From assembly GCF_006345805.1 (NCBI RefSeq), contig NC_043011.1:31694464-31758463 (forward strand): DNA of 64,000 nucleotides, written 5' to 3'. A program made the position numbers and the translations under genes. Below, piece by piece: positions 51,893 through 63,450 of the stretch (position 1 is its first letter; the number at the start of each line of letters is the position of its first letter). Source of the stretch: Octopus sinensis. Its lineage: Eukaryota. The notes under the pieces were generated by a model. The model saw only the letters and a list, made by a program, of their open reading frames with translations, was not told where the DNA came from and did no database searches.

Positions 51893-53826
51893 TTGTATGT
51901 GGCATTTATCACTTGCCATGCACAAAACTCTTTGTGGCCTTTGTGATACTTCTGTATCTTCCTGCTGATTAAATATTATGAAAAAAAAACACACACACAT
52001 ATAGAAAAAATGCACCCAGTACACCTCTGTAAAGTGGTTGGCATTAGGAAAGGCAACCAGCTGTATTTCAGCACAGCCATCTGGCTTGTCGTTCCTGTCT
52101 GACTGTCCAACCCATGCTGCCATGGAAAAATTGTTTGGATCAATTTGTAATTTTCTGTTAAAAATTCACATATAGTTATCAAATAATTTATAATAATGTT
52201 TCAATTGTGTTATAGAAAAGCCATGCCAGCATGGAAAACGGACATCACTGATGATGTTAATGAATTTATTATTAATTTAATGAAAGGAATTGCAGCAATT
52301 GAAATATTAGTTTTGCTGCAAAGTGAAATATGTCCAAGCTGAAGGAGACATTTGGTGGTTGTTGTCATAAAATGCAAAAAGAACTCAATGATGTAATTGT
52401 TTGCCCAAAATAGTCAAATCTCTCCTAGTGTTATGTAAAAGTCATTCAAGAGGACTTCTACAAGGTAGCAGGTTCCTCATCTCTGAAATGTCTCAAAGAT
52501 ATAAGGGCAAAAAAAAAAGTTTGGTTTCTGAAAAACATCCAACTTCAAAAGAAATTCTTGTTTTAACAAATGAAACAAATGTATAAACTTGGTTTGCTCT
52601 TTTAAATGTACATCTCTTTGTAAATATAAATATGTCTGGTCACAGAGAAATATTACCTTGCTTGGAAACAGGTGAGGGTTGATGACAAGAAGCGGATCTG
52701 ACAGTAGAAAATCTGCTTCAATAATAACCTTTGGACCCATGCAAGTATAGAAAAAAGTGAATGTTAAAATGATGAATGAATATAAATATTCTTTTTTCCT
52801 TTCCTTCTTTAAACTTTTCAAGTTTATTAATGTATTTATTCACATGCTGATGAAGAACAATCCATTGCTGTGAATAACTGGTTTGATATTCTGTAGGGTT
52901 TCACTTACAAATAGATAGATCTTTAAACCTTTTAGTTACCTAATTTATTTATTCAAAATGTGTTTCAACTGATTTTAAAGATATTTAAGAATTTGCAAGG
53001 ATTTAATAATCTAACTTTTGCATCATTAAGCTAGAGTTTGGAAAGATTCTTACATAGAATTACAGTTGAACATTTAAATTGAAGTATAACACTTAGAAAC
53101 TGTCTTATAGTATAAAATGCAGAGTCTCATGCTGGATGCTATCAAAATTAGGGTGCTGGGATTTACAAGTTGTGAAAATTCCAATCCAGTTGTGGGATTA
53201 ATTGAAAATATAAGTTACATTGCAGTATTTAGATTTGTCCCTCTTGATTCCAATTTCAAATCTTGCTGGTTCAATGCTAAATGTCCCAGTAATACTATGC
53301 TAATGTTAGTTTAAACTATTGTGTGGCTTCCTGTTGGAGCTTAATTTTGACCTAATCAAAGTAGGTTTTGTTTTCCCTTTAACTGATAATTACTGGAGAA
53401 AGTGTTATATTTCAAATATAGAAAATGAAGGGATATTTTAAGATGATATGTTAATGTAGTGTCACTGGGATAAACTGATTTATGGGGAATGTGAAACCTA
53501 TAAGCCCATATTTGTAAAAATACAGAAGTTTATTAAAATTTTGGATGAATTTTTTTCTTTTTTCAGTTTTGTGTGTCTTTTAATTGTTCTTGTTAAGGAT
53601 TTAAAATATTTCTTCCTTACATTAACTTTCTAGAATTAATTTTGGCTATAACAAATATTTTGTTTGAAAGTGGTGGATTTCTTTGTTTGAATATTGTAAG
53701 CGATTAAACAGTAAAGTGACATTTGCAGTTATCTTTATAGAAAGAAAATGTTGCAATTAGTGTTTTATACAATCATCTATATTTATGCAGTCATCTATAT
53801 TTTTAAACTTTTGTTATCTTCAATAG

Positions 53827-53910
53827 CAGTGATGGGGATGAAGATGACTCACCCGAAGCTAAAGCTGAACGAGAAAGATTGCGCAGACAAGCAAATAATG
53901 CACGTGAAAG
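53827..53910 (+). CDS. TCF12/TCF4 (da): E-protein acidic + basic-region exon (S)SDGDEDDSPEAKAERERLRRQANNARE(R), copy 1, 84 nt, phase 2-2
   Basis: ttatcttcaatag|CAGTGAT...GAAAG|gtattg; matches TCF4 [26 protein letters not shown]. Missed by the ORF track, which shows another frame. Confidence 0.96.
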
Positions 53911-54141
53911 GTATTGTAGTTATTCCTCTGTTGTGAAATAGGCAAAGTTTATTTAGACATAAAGTTGTAGTTACTGTTTCCTGAGTGTTGCTGTAATTTA
54001 CATGAAACACGTTAAAATTTCCATTCATTGAATTAAAGCTGTTCCATTATGTTTGTAAATTTAAGGAAAATGGAATCGTATTTGTTAACCTTATGAGCCA
54101 TGCAAGTTGTTCTCTGCCCTTTTACTTTAAACTTGAACAGA

Positions 54142-54250
54142 CATCTGTGCACATGCCCAACTGTTTTTTTGCAGACAGCTGTTTAACTCGCCCAACTGTT
54201 CTTCTTATAGACAGCTGTTTAACTTGCCCAACTGTTCTTACAGACAGCTG
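54142..54250. repeat. Minisatellite (about three 33-36 bp units) carrying 8 CANNTG E-boxes; second copy at 54986-55094
   Basis: CATCTG 54142, CACATG 54150, CAACTG 54158/54193/54229, CAGCTG 54176/54212/54245. Confidence 0.85.
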
Positions 54251-54670
54251 TTTTAGAAACTCACCTTGCAGAAACTTGTCGGAAATCAAAGTAAAAAAGA
54301 AATAAAAAAAAAAAACAAAAAGAATGTGTGAACATTCACCATTCTTAAATTTTCAGCTTTCTGTAAACAATGATTTTTCTTTTTTTTTCTTTCTTTTTTT
54401 TTTTTTTCAGTTTTGTGTGTCTTTTAATTGTTCTTGTTAAGGATTTAAAATATTTCTTCCTTACATTAACTTTCTAGAATTAATTTTGGCTATAACAAAT
54501 ATTTTGTTTGAAAGTGGTGGATTTCTTTGTTTGAATATTGTAAGCGATTAAACAGTAAAGTGACATTTGCAGTTATCTTTATAGAAAGAAAATGTTGCAA
54601 TTAGTGTTTTATACAATCATCTATATTTATGCAGTCATCTATATTTTTAAACTTTTGTTATCTTCAATAG

Positions 54671-54754
54671 CAGTGATGGGGATGAAGATGACTCACCCGA
54701 AGCTAAAGCTGAACGAGAAAGATTGCGCAGACAAGCAAATAATGCACGTGAAAG
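54671..54754 (+). CDS. TCF12/TCF4 (da): Second identical copy of the basic-region exon inside the tandem duplication
   Basis: Same sequence and splice sites as 53827-53910, offset by 844 bp. Its existence in vivo is unverified. Confidence 0.55.
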
Positions 54755-56227
54755 GTATTGTAGTTATTCCTCTGTTGTGAAATAGGCAAAGTTTATTTAG
54801 ACATAAAGTTGTAGTTACTGTTTCCTGAGTGTTGCTGTAATTTACATGAAACACGTTAAAATTTCCATTCATTGAATTAAAGCTGTTCCATTATGTTTGT
54901 AAATTTAAGGAAAATGGAATCGTATTTGTTAACCTTATGAGCCATGCAAGTTGTTCTCTGCCCTTTTACTTTAAACTTGAACAGACATCTGTGCACATGC
55001 CCAACTGTTTTTTTGCAGACAGCTGTTTAACTCGCCCAACTGTTCTTCTTATAGACAGCTGTTTAACTTGCCCAACTGTTCTTACAGACAGCTGTTTTAG
55101 AAACTCACCTTGCAGAAACTTGTCGGAAATCAAAGTAAAAAAGAAATAAAAAAAAAAAACAAAAAGAATGTGTGAACATTCACCATTCTTAAATTTTCAG
55201 CTTTCTGTAAACAATGATTTTTCTTTTTTTTTCTTTCTTTTTTTTTTTCCCCATTGCTGGAAGTTACTAGTTAACCCAGCATGCTTGTGGCATCATTTTT
55301 GTATTTTCTATTTAAAAATAAACCATTATTATTATTATTATTATTGAAGATGTCGCACAGTATCCAGTGTCGTGATGTTGTAGATTGAAGATATTGTGTG
55401 TACTTTATTATTGTTGTTGTTGTTGTTGTTATTATTATAGTCATTTAAATACTAACATAATTTTCAAATTAAATGTAGATTATTACTTATTTCCATGTGC
55501 GTTCATGATGGAACAGCTCCTCAGGATGATATTTTTAGTTTTTATCTGTTAATTCTATTTCTAATATAAAGATATTTTCATGGCTGTGGAATGTTATTTG
55601 CTTATTTTAGCTGCAAGAGGGGAGGGTGGGGCAATTTTTTTATGTCACAATTTTAAAGTTTTTACCATTTATTAGATTATTTACTTCCTCTTTCTCACTT
55701 ACTTTTATGTAAAGTTTGGGTATTTTGAGATGATTTTGCTGAAGTTAAATTATATTTTATTTCATTTACAATTGATATTTTGTATAGTTTTTCTTTCATT
55801 TTGCATTTTGGTTCTTCATATTCTAGGAGGCTTTGTTATTGCTATTTATTCCCATTTCATATTTACCACCAGTCTTGTGACTTTACTGGGGAAATGTTTT
55901 TATTCTTTGTGCCAAAAATAGGTAACTGCATTTGTGCAAAGTTTTGAAAAATTCAACTGTTAAAAGAATATTTTTTTTTCAAATTCCAAGAAATTATTTT
56001 CTTCCTAAATTTGGGTCCTTAGTTGTCACTTGTGTTTCACTTACCGAGTTTGATTCACTTGAGTATTGCTTTTGTTATCAGAATCAAGAGGCTGAGACCT
56101 TGACCATTTAGCATTTAAACTGGCCAGATCTAGCCTTTCACACTTAACTACTATGTCATTCTAAAAATAAACAATAACATCATCAAAAATCTCAAAGCTA
56201 TGGGATAATATCTGATTTAATTCAAAA

Positions 56228-56415
56228 CATCATCATCATCATCATTTAGCGTCCGCTTTCCATGCTAGCATGGGTTGGACGGTTCAACTGGGGTCTGTGA
56301 AGCCAGAAGGCTGCATCAGGCCCAGTCTGATCTGGCAGTGTTTCTACGGCTGGATGCCCTTCCTAACGCCAAACACTCCGTGAGTGTAGTGGGTACTTTT
56401 TACGTGCCACCCGCA
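56228..56415 (-). mobile_element. Young family C SINE copy nested in a P2 MITE
   Basis: (CAT)n tail followed by ttagcgtccgctttccatgctagcatggg...; CpGs retained. P2 MITE halves lie at ~56100-56227 and ~56440-56470. Confidence 0.8.
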
Positions 56416-59141
56416 CATTAAAAAGGGGGGGGGGGGTGCATTACATTTAACAGTATTCTGAACGCTAAATGATTAATAATAGTTTCAAAGAAGTTAACAA
56501 CTTTACGCACAGGCATCAACCAGCCAATGACAATGGTGATAATTTTACAGCAAACTATTTGGAGCACAAATTACTACTACAAAATTATCACCTGGTGATT
56601 TGTTTCTGTTACTTTTGAGTTCACAACAGATCTAGCACTTACTTCCAAAACAGTGATTATAGGAATAGAGGAGGGTGTGACTGTAATTTTTGGATAATCA
56701 TTAAAGCATGGAACATATTTTAATACCATGTATTTCAGAAAATATTTTAGATTTATTTTGTGCATCTCTTAAAAAATGAATTATTATTTTAGGATTTTCT
56801 ACAATCACTTTTCCCTTCTTTTATATCAAAATAGTTTGTGCTATTTCTTATTCTAAAAATAATCTTAATATAAACATTTATGAATGGTACTGAGTCTAAC
56901 CCATAAATTCAGTTGATTGAAGTGCATCATATAGTAAGCATTACTCACTAAGTGACTCATTTTTAAAATCTGACATGATCTGGATTTTTTAGCCAAGATA
57001 ATTGTCTTGTTTGAGTGGAGAAAAAATGGATTTTATCAACATAACTTGAAAACAAAACATTTGATATAGATTATGATGGTCTAACCACATAGTTCAGTGC
57101 TTCTCAAATAGCTGGTTCAACACACTGGAGGACAGTGGAAAATTTTATATGGGTACTAGGGACAAAAGGAGACAGCAGGGTACAATAGGTTTTTTTTTTT
57201 TGTGTGTGTCTTATTTAAATGTAATATTATGATTAGCTGCCATAACGACAGCGACAACATCACTAGCAATAATAACAGACCTTGCAGTGTGAATGAATAA
57301 ATAAGCAAAATCATATATATTCCTTCAATGCTTAGAGTACTAGCATCTAGGAAAGTGGTATTGTGGTCAGTAGTGACCCATGTCAAACTACTACTCAGAA
57401 CTAATTAACCCTGATCTGATAGTACATTTATATGGAGTGGCGAAGCATTGCATAATGTTAGTAAAAGAAAAAGAGAAAAAGGTTCAGAAGCACTGATACA
57501 GAGTGTAGGTCTAACTGGAAACGAGAGCCTGAAACAGAGAAAACTATTAGAGGGACTATGAGAACATATCATATGTGGTGTGAAACATGTGAGTTAAATA
57601 GTCTCAAGATTTGGGAATTTATCTTGTACAAATTGTGGTATAGACTTGACTGTGAAGTCCAGTATTTATTATAACTTCCAGGGTTAGGCTGATTTAGGAC
57701 CATATTTAGTCTGGTTGTTGTTTTTTTCCCCCCCATAATAAAACCTTGTAAATATTATGTGTTAGTAGTATACATATAGCAAACTAGAGCAGCATGTGAA
57801 CTGAAATGAAATGTGATGCAGAGGTAGCTTTGTCAATAAATTAAACAGTTTGAGAGGTAGTGTCACTAAATACTGAATGATAATAATACAGATGAGTGCT
57901 TTCCAGCATTTCCATAAATATCAATAAACTTGAAAGAACATACACTATAATGTACATCTTTTTCCCTCTACATATACATTATTTTTCACTTAGTTTATTT
58001 ATTGTATGAAGCCTGCTGAACACTGACTAATTGCACTAGTGCGAATATTGTTGCAGTTAGTGTTTTGCTGGAATACATCTAGACGCTATGAAAGGTTAAT
58101 CTTTAATCACTTGTATCTTTTACATCGAAACTATTCTCCATTTTTTTTCTTCCTAAATTGAGTTTAAAATTCCTCTATAAAGTGCTAAAATTCATTTATG
58201 CCAGCAAATTTCTTCATGTCACTTATCCTTTGATCTGTCTTCAAAAGTAGCTCTATGTTAATTATTTTACCAAATTATAGCAATCTATTTCGAAGACTGC
58301 AGCCTCCTAGCTGTTTTTTGTAGAAAATGTCATTTGTGTATTTTACTTACTATCCTTACATCAGTTTTGTTTTAAGCCTATTACACACACACAAATACAC
58401 AACTGTGTGTGTGTGCGCAAATTATTTTTTGTGCTGTTCATAATGACATGGATATTCTGAAACTATTCTAATGATATATGCTTGCATATTTCATATTGCA
58501 GTTGTCTTGTTATTCATCCAATTTTTATGAAATAGTTTCAGAACATCCATAACTTATTTTGAAATTTATGAATATCGCTAAAAATAATTTCTTATGATTT
58601 ATCGTAATTTTTGTTCTGTACTACAAAAATCATTTAATTATATTTTCTAACACATGTTAGCAGTTGCCCGATCATTCAGCCTCTTTAGACTTGGAATAAA
58701 ACCTACTCCTTCATTTCTTCTACCATCCAAGCTTTGGGTTTACTTATATCTGAATTAGTGAAACTGTCACTTAAGTTGCTCTTTGTGAACTCATTTAGCT
58801 GTCATTGGTATTATTTGTTCCATTTCTTTTTCCCCCTGTTCAGCTTCATATACATTTGTAGCTTCCTCTTGGTCTTCTCAGTTTTGCACTCAGTTAAGCT
58901 TTGAAAGTAATTTGAGTTGTTTTGGTTGTGGGCATACCATTTACCTTGGGTTTCATGTACAGTGCACACAGACAGAAATCAATAAGTAAACAGTTTGAAA
59001 AGAATTTTTTTTAAAATCAAAATAGTACACTAACAGAATTCTGAATTCCGGTAAGCCAACCAAAATGCAAATGTTGGGATGGTAACGTCATTGTGAACAT
59101 TCTTTTATTTCTGGACATTTTCGTTTTCTTTTGTTATACAG

Positions 59142-59287
59142 GGTTCGAGTACGAGACATTAATGAAGCATTTAAGGAGCTGGGACGTATGTGCTCCTTAC
59201 ATCTTTCAAATGACAAACAACAGACTAAATTACTGATCTTACAGCAGGCAGTCACCCTGATCACAAGCTTAGAGCAGCAAGTACGAG
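59142..59287 (+). CDS. TCF12/TCF4 (da): E-protein HLH exon (R)[48 protein letters not shown](E), 146 nt, phase 2 to 1
   Basis: ttttgttatacag|GGTTCG...CGAG|gtaggg; typical class I bHLH helix-loop-helix. Confidence 0.98.
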
Positions 59288-59879
59288 GTAGGGACCCTTT
59301 TATTGTCCTCAGCTTTCACCATAACATACTTAGTCCACTTTTGCTAAAGTTACATACAAGCATTTGATGTTCTGTTTGTTTGTCTGTGTGTGCATGTGTA
59401 TTTCTCAATGTTTATGAGGAAAGGGTAAGTATTTTTGTTAATTGTGTTCAATTAATAAATTATGGTGTCTGAGCATGTGCTTGTGTGTATGTGTTTGCCT
59501 CCAGCACTAGAATAACTGTTGCCTAAACAGGCCGAATGTCAGTCAGTCACACCAAATTGTCAGCATCCAAAACTGCCATGCCCAGTTGTCTCATTCTGTA
59601 CTCTCTAATTGTAGATCTTGATCAATGAGAACATGAAGTTAAACTCCAGCATGTATCCCTATCTGTAATCTCTCAGCTCTTCCTCTCTTGATTTCCTTTT
59701 ACCTGGCATCTGCCTAGGAAGGATTTCATATTGAGGTTGACTTGTAGAGTGGGAAGACAAAATCTATTGCTAGAATATTATACATATATTAAACACACAC
59801 ATTTAGCTCATTTTACTCAAGGTCAATCAAACTGATATGGGATTGTGATGGCCCTAAATCTGATAAAATAGTTTTTTAA

Positions 59880-61282
59880 CCCTTTCGTTACTATATTTCT
59901 GACCAAAATACACCCCTCATGAGTTTCAATTAAATTCTAAAATAATCATGAATTTAGGCTTGTTTCATTAAATAACTGTAACTTTTTTACTTATCAACAT
60001 ATTAATGTGATATTTGGAACATAATTAAAGAAAGGGTTCTTAATCAATTCTATTGCATAACTTTTGTCTCAAAGTGACTTTAATTACAGGTAAATCCAGG
60101 TAAATTGAGCAAATGGTAAAAATATTAAAATTTTGTTTAAACATCACCATAGAAAATGAATCATCAGCTAATATTCAAATGGGTATGCAACAAAATTTTG
60201 ATAAAGAAGAATTGTGCACATCACTAGATCATCAGTTGAATTTAATGCACAACAGGTGTACCATAAAGGTGGAATAAACTGAAATACTGGAATCCACCGC
60301 AAGTTTGACCGAACTAAAGAAATCGGTCAAAAAATAATATACGGCCATGGTTATGGTATGGAAGTGATAAATTCCAGACCACATCGTTCCCTAGGCCATG
60401 CTGACTAACATTATTTTCTCTGTATAAAAACTAAATCCACAGCAGTACTCAGTATTTTGCTTCACAAATTTTCCGAAATTTGATCCCCCATTTTGTGTTT
60501 TGTTTACATTCTGCATAAATTTGTTTCCGCATTGATCGCTTCAAACAATAACTTTCAGACCACATCGTACCCTAAGCCATGCTGACTAACATTAGTTTCC
60601 CTGTATAAAAACTAAATCCACAACAGTACCCAGTATTTACTTCACAAATTTTCCAAACTTTTGTGTTTGTTTACAATCTGTGTAAATTTGTTTCCGAAAG
60701 TGATCGCTTCAAACTAGCATACTGAAAAAAATAAAAGTCTAACGGTTTCGCTTCCTAAGAAAAACTATAGGTAAACTATCTCCCCAGAAAAATTGCTAAT
60801 AAAAACATTTTTTTTACTTCATTCCGATGTAAAATTGTCTTTGCTGTTGCCATCGCCGCTTTGTTTCTTTGGAAGGCGCTGCTTTCATTTTCGGATAAAA
60901 AAATATCATTCATTATTTTGTACACCACGTGCTTTAGTACCTATTTCATTCTTTTTCTCGATATCTCCCTATTTTCCGTTGAAAAAGCTTTAAATTCGGA
61001 ATCAATGCTTGATAACATGAAACTCCTATCCATTTTCAAAGTTGAAGAAAAATCGATGCCGAAAAACATGTGGAAAAAAATCTCCCAAAATTCACTGAGT
61101 TGAGATATCACTTCAAGCAATGTCGGATACTATAACTTAACTAGTTACAATGTGAAATCACATGTTTTAACGAATGTACCAACGAGATTTGGGTTCAAAT
61201 TTACATTTAAAATAATAGGTTCTCATGGCCGGGTTGGTATTATGAACCAAAAAATTTTTCGGCCGGGTTAGTAACGAAAGGG
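59880..61282. mobile_element. 1403-bp non-autonomous piggyBac-like element with internal direct repeats
   Basis: TTAA|CCCTTTCGTTACTA ... TAGTAACGAAAGGG|TTAA (14-bp perfect TIR, same terminus as P1 MITEs). Diverged direct repeats at 60375-60546 and 60556-60714. No transposase ORF. Confidence 0.9.
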
Positions 61283-61476
61283 TTAATTAATTTTTATGTT
61301 ATATTAAATATACCATTTCCTCTTTCACAATCTCTGGTGATAGATGGAACATTTAGTCCAACTAAAAGACTAACCAGTAAAGAAACTGATAAATGACCTG
61401 CATTGTTTAGTTACTGAACAGAGCAACAAGTTGCAATAAGCTGGTGACAGGCACATAGCCAGCTGATTGCAACTGG

Positions 61477-63450
61477 CAGGGGTGCTATCTTGATAGCTGG
61501 GGGTACTGAACAGAACTCTAAAAACCATACCGTTTGTAAATTTGATTCCATTTTCTAAGAAAATTCACAACACAAAATAAAATCAGGTTACATTTATTTA
61601 ATACAACTGCAGTCTATGGTGACACAATGCAAAAAACTTTGAGAAAACCGTCCTTGTCCATAATTGATTTAAATTTCTTAAGAGAAGCAAGTATCACAAG
61701 GTTTGATTTTCATGGGTGCTTCATATTTCGTCGAAACATAATCATAATTCGAGTTAGTGTCACAAGTGATGATTCACATGTGGCTGTGCTGGACCTAAAT
61801 GTTATAGATAAACATTTGGAAAGGCATCCTATATGATATGTAAAGATCCCAAAATATCCAGCAGTGTCATCATATTTTGTTTGAAAATGTATGCTTTAGC
61901 CACAGTAAGTTCAGACAGCAAGGCCAATTTATCACAATTAACTAAATTGCTCAAAGGTTTTACGGTATCAAAATCTAAAAATGTCTCAGAGATTGGTATA
62001 GTAGACTTGCCAAGGAAGAATATATGCTGTTGTTTTGCTCTGAAAATCTGCTATCTAGGTCTCCCAAGCTTTCATCAATGGTGGCAAAATAAATTTTGCG
62101 ATTAAAGGTTATCCAGTCATCTTGTGATGGTACAAGGGCTTTGGCAACATAATCTGAAAAACATTAGGACCAACAATCTTGGAGTGATTTTCTATAACAG
62201 AAGCAATGGCACTGAATTGACCCAACCACCTATGCTACATAAGACATGGCAATGTAAACCCTTGACTGGTTAATAAAATTATGAAGAATATTAATGGTGT
62301 CGAAGAACATAGCTAATTCCGGAATCTGCTTTATTATGTTAAAACCATGACAAGATGCAACTGATGATTAAGACAATGAACATAGAGTATATGTTTTTCA
62401 AGTTGATTCTGTATTTTTCTTTGAATGCCACCTATTTTGCCAGGCATCCCAGGAGCACCATTGTATCATTGAAGCAACATACGCTTTGGGTCAGTGCCAA
62501 GGTTGGTTAATTCCTTAATTAACAAGTCGGCCAATGTTTCAGCATCATAACGTTGAGTAGTTGGCATGGCAACTAAGTTTTCCATAACCCTGTCATTTTT
62601 CAAGTATTTAATAGCAATTGCAATATTTTCAGTATTACTCAAATCATGCGTTCCATCACATTTCAGCTTAAAGTAAGAAACATTGGAACATTTTATTCCA
62701 TCGACAACAAGGCTGATGATATTTTGCATTGTTGTTGAGGTATAGGTCGCATTTTTTTGAATCTTGCTGTAACATCCTATTAGCTTTGAGTCTTTCTTTA
62801 ATGTGTATTGGAATAATTTCATACAAAGACCACAAAGTTGCATCTCACCTTTCAAATAAAGATTAATTTTTGTTTCCTCAAAAAGGCAGTTCGTTTGCAC
62901 AAAGAAAATGCACAATATCAACAACTGAATTGATATAGTAATGGTTTTTGCTCAATTGATCATTTTGCAAAAGTCTTTTTTTGAAAGAGAATACTCTAAC
63001 CATGGATGGCCAGTTTACCAGCTTGACGAGAAGTCATGTTTTTGATTTCCATAAATCTTTGGATCAAACTTTGCTAGAACTGGCTGCATTGGTTGGCAGT
63101 TGACCTATCGTAGGTCATCCAATGAGGGTGTCAAAGACTCTGCAAAACTAATACTGCCTTCCTTGAGCTGTGAAATTTCTTCATTTGTAATTCTCTATTG
63201 TTTAGCATTAGATGAATCAGATTGGAAATTCAGCAATGATTGCTTCAGTTCTCTTTTTTGGCAGTGATTCATTATTGTACCAACACTCCGTAGTACACTG
63301 AACTAAAGGTATGCTTCGTTGAGTGATCTTACACTAATGTCGGTTGAATAAAAACTATTTAACACTTTATACTGATCTCTATATATGTAACGTCAGGGTA
63401 GGTCTTTTGTGGAATAAGAAACCAAGTTTTATGAATTTTAGGGTCAGTAC
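61477..63450 (-). mobile_element. Fossil hAT-superfamily transposon (ZMYM1/DUF4371-like transposase pseudogene)
   Basis: Minus ORF 62466-62924 contains LKCDGTHDLSNTENIAIAIKY...DAETLADLLIKEL. Past a stop it continues YNGAPGMPGKIGGIQRKIQ...HILYVHCLNHQLHLVM, like the hAT YDGA..M.G...GV...HC..H.LHL motif. Upstream reads DIVHFLCANELPF*G. CAGGGGTG terminus at 61477. The left boundary is firm; the right boundary is approximate. Confidence 0.85.

Larger units (their letters stand above)
53558..55248. repeat. 844-bp direct tandem duplication (two copies) with poly-T at both ends and at the junction
   Basis: cagttttgtgtgtc at 53564 and 54408 (offset 844). ORF-track pairs 53748/54592 and 54093/54937 translate identically. 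Copies look identical apart from poly-T length. Confidence 0.97.
5464..59287 (+). other. TCF12/TCF4 (da): Gene body of the class I bHLH E-protein (daughterless/TCF3/TCF4/TCF12 orthologue); partial in this window
   Basis: Ten AG...GT-bounded exons chain in compatible phases (ends 1,0,0,1,0,0,1,2,2,1) into one ORF. It carries the E-protein hallmarks VYSPS, [49 protein letters not shown] and [24 protein letters not shown]...[18 protein letters not shown]. The start at 5464 depends on the candidate Alt exon. The paralogue name is arbitrary because invertebrates usually have a single E-protein gene. Confidence 0.97.
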
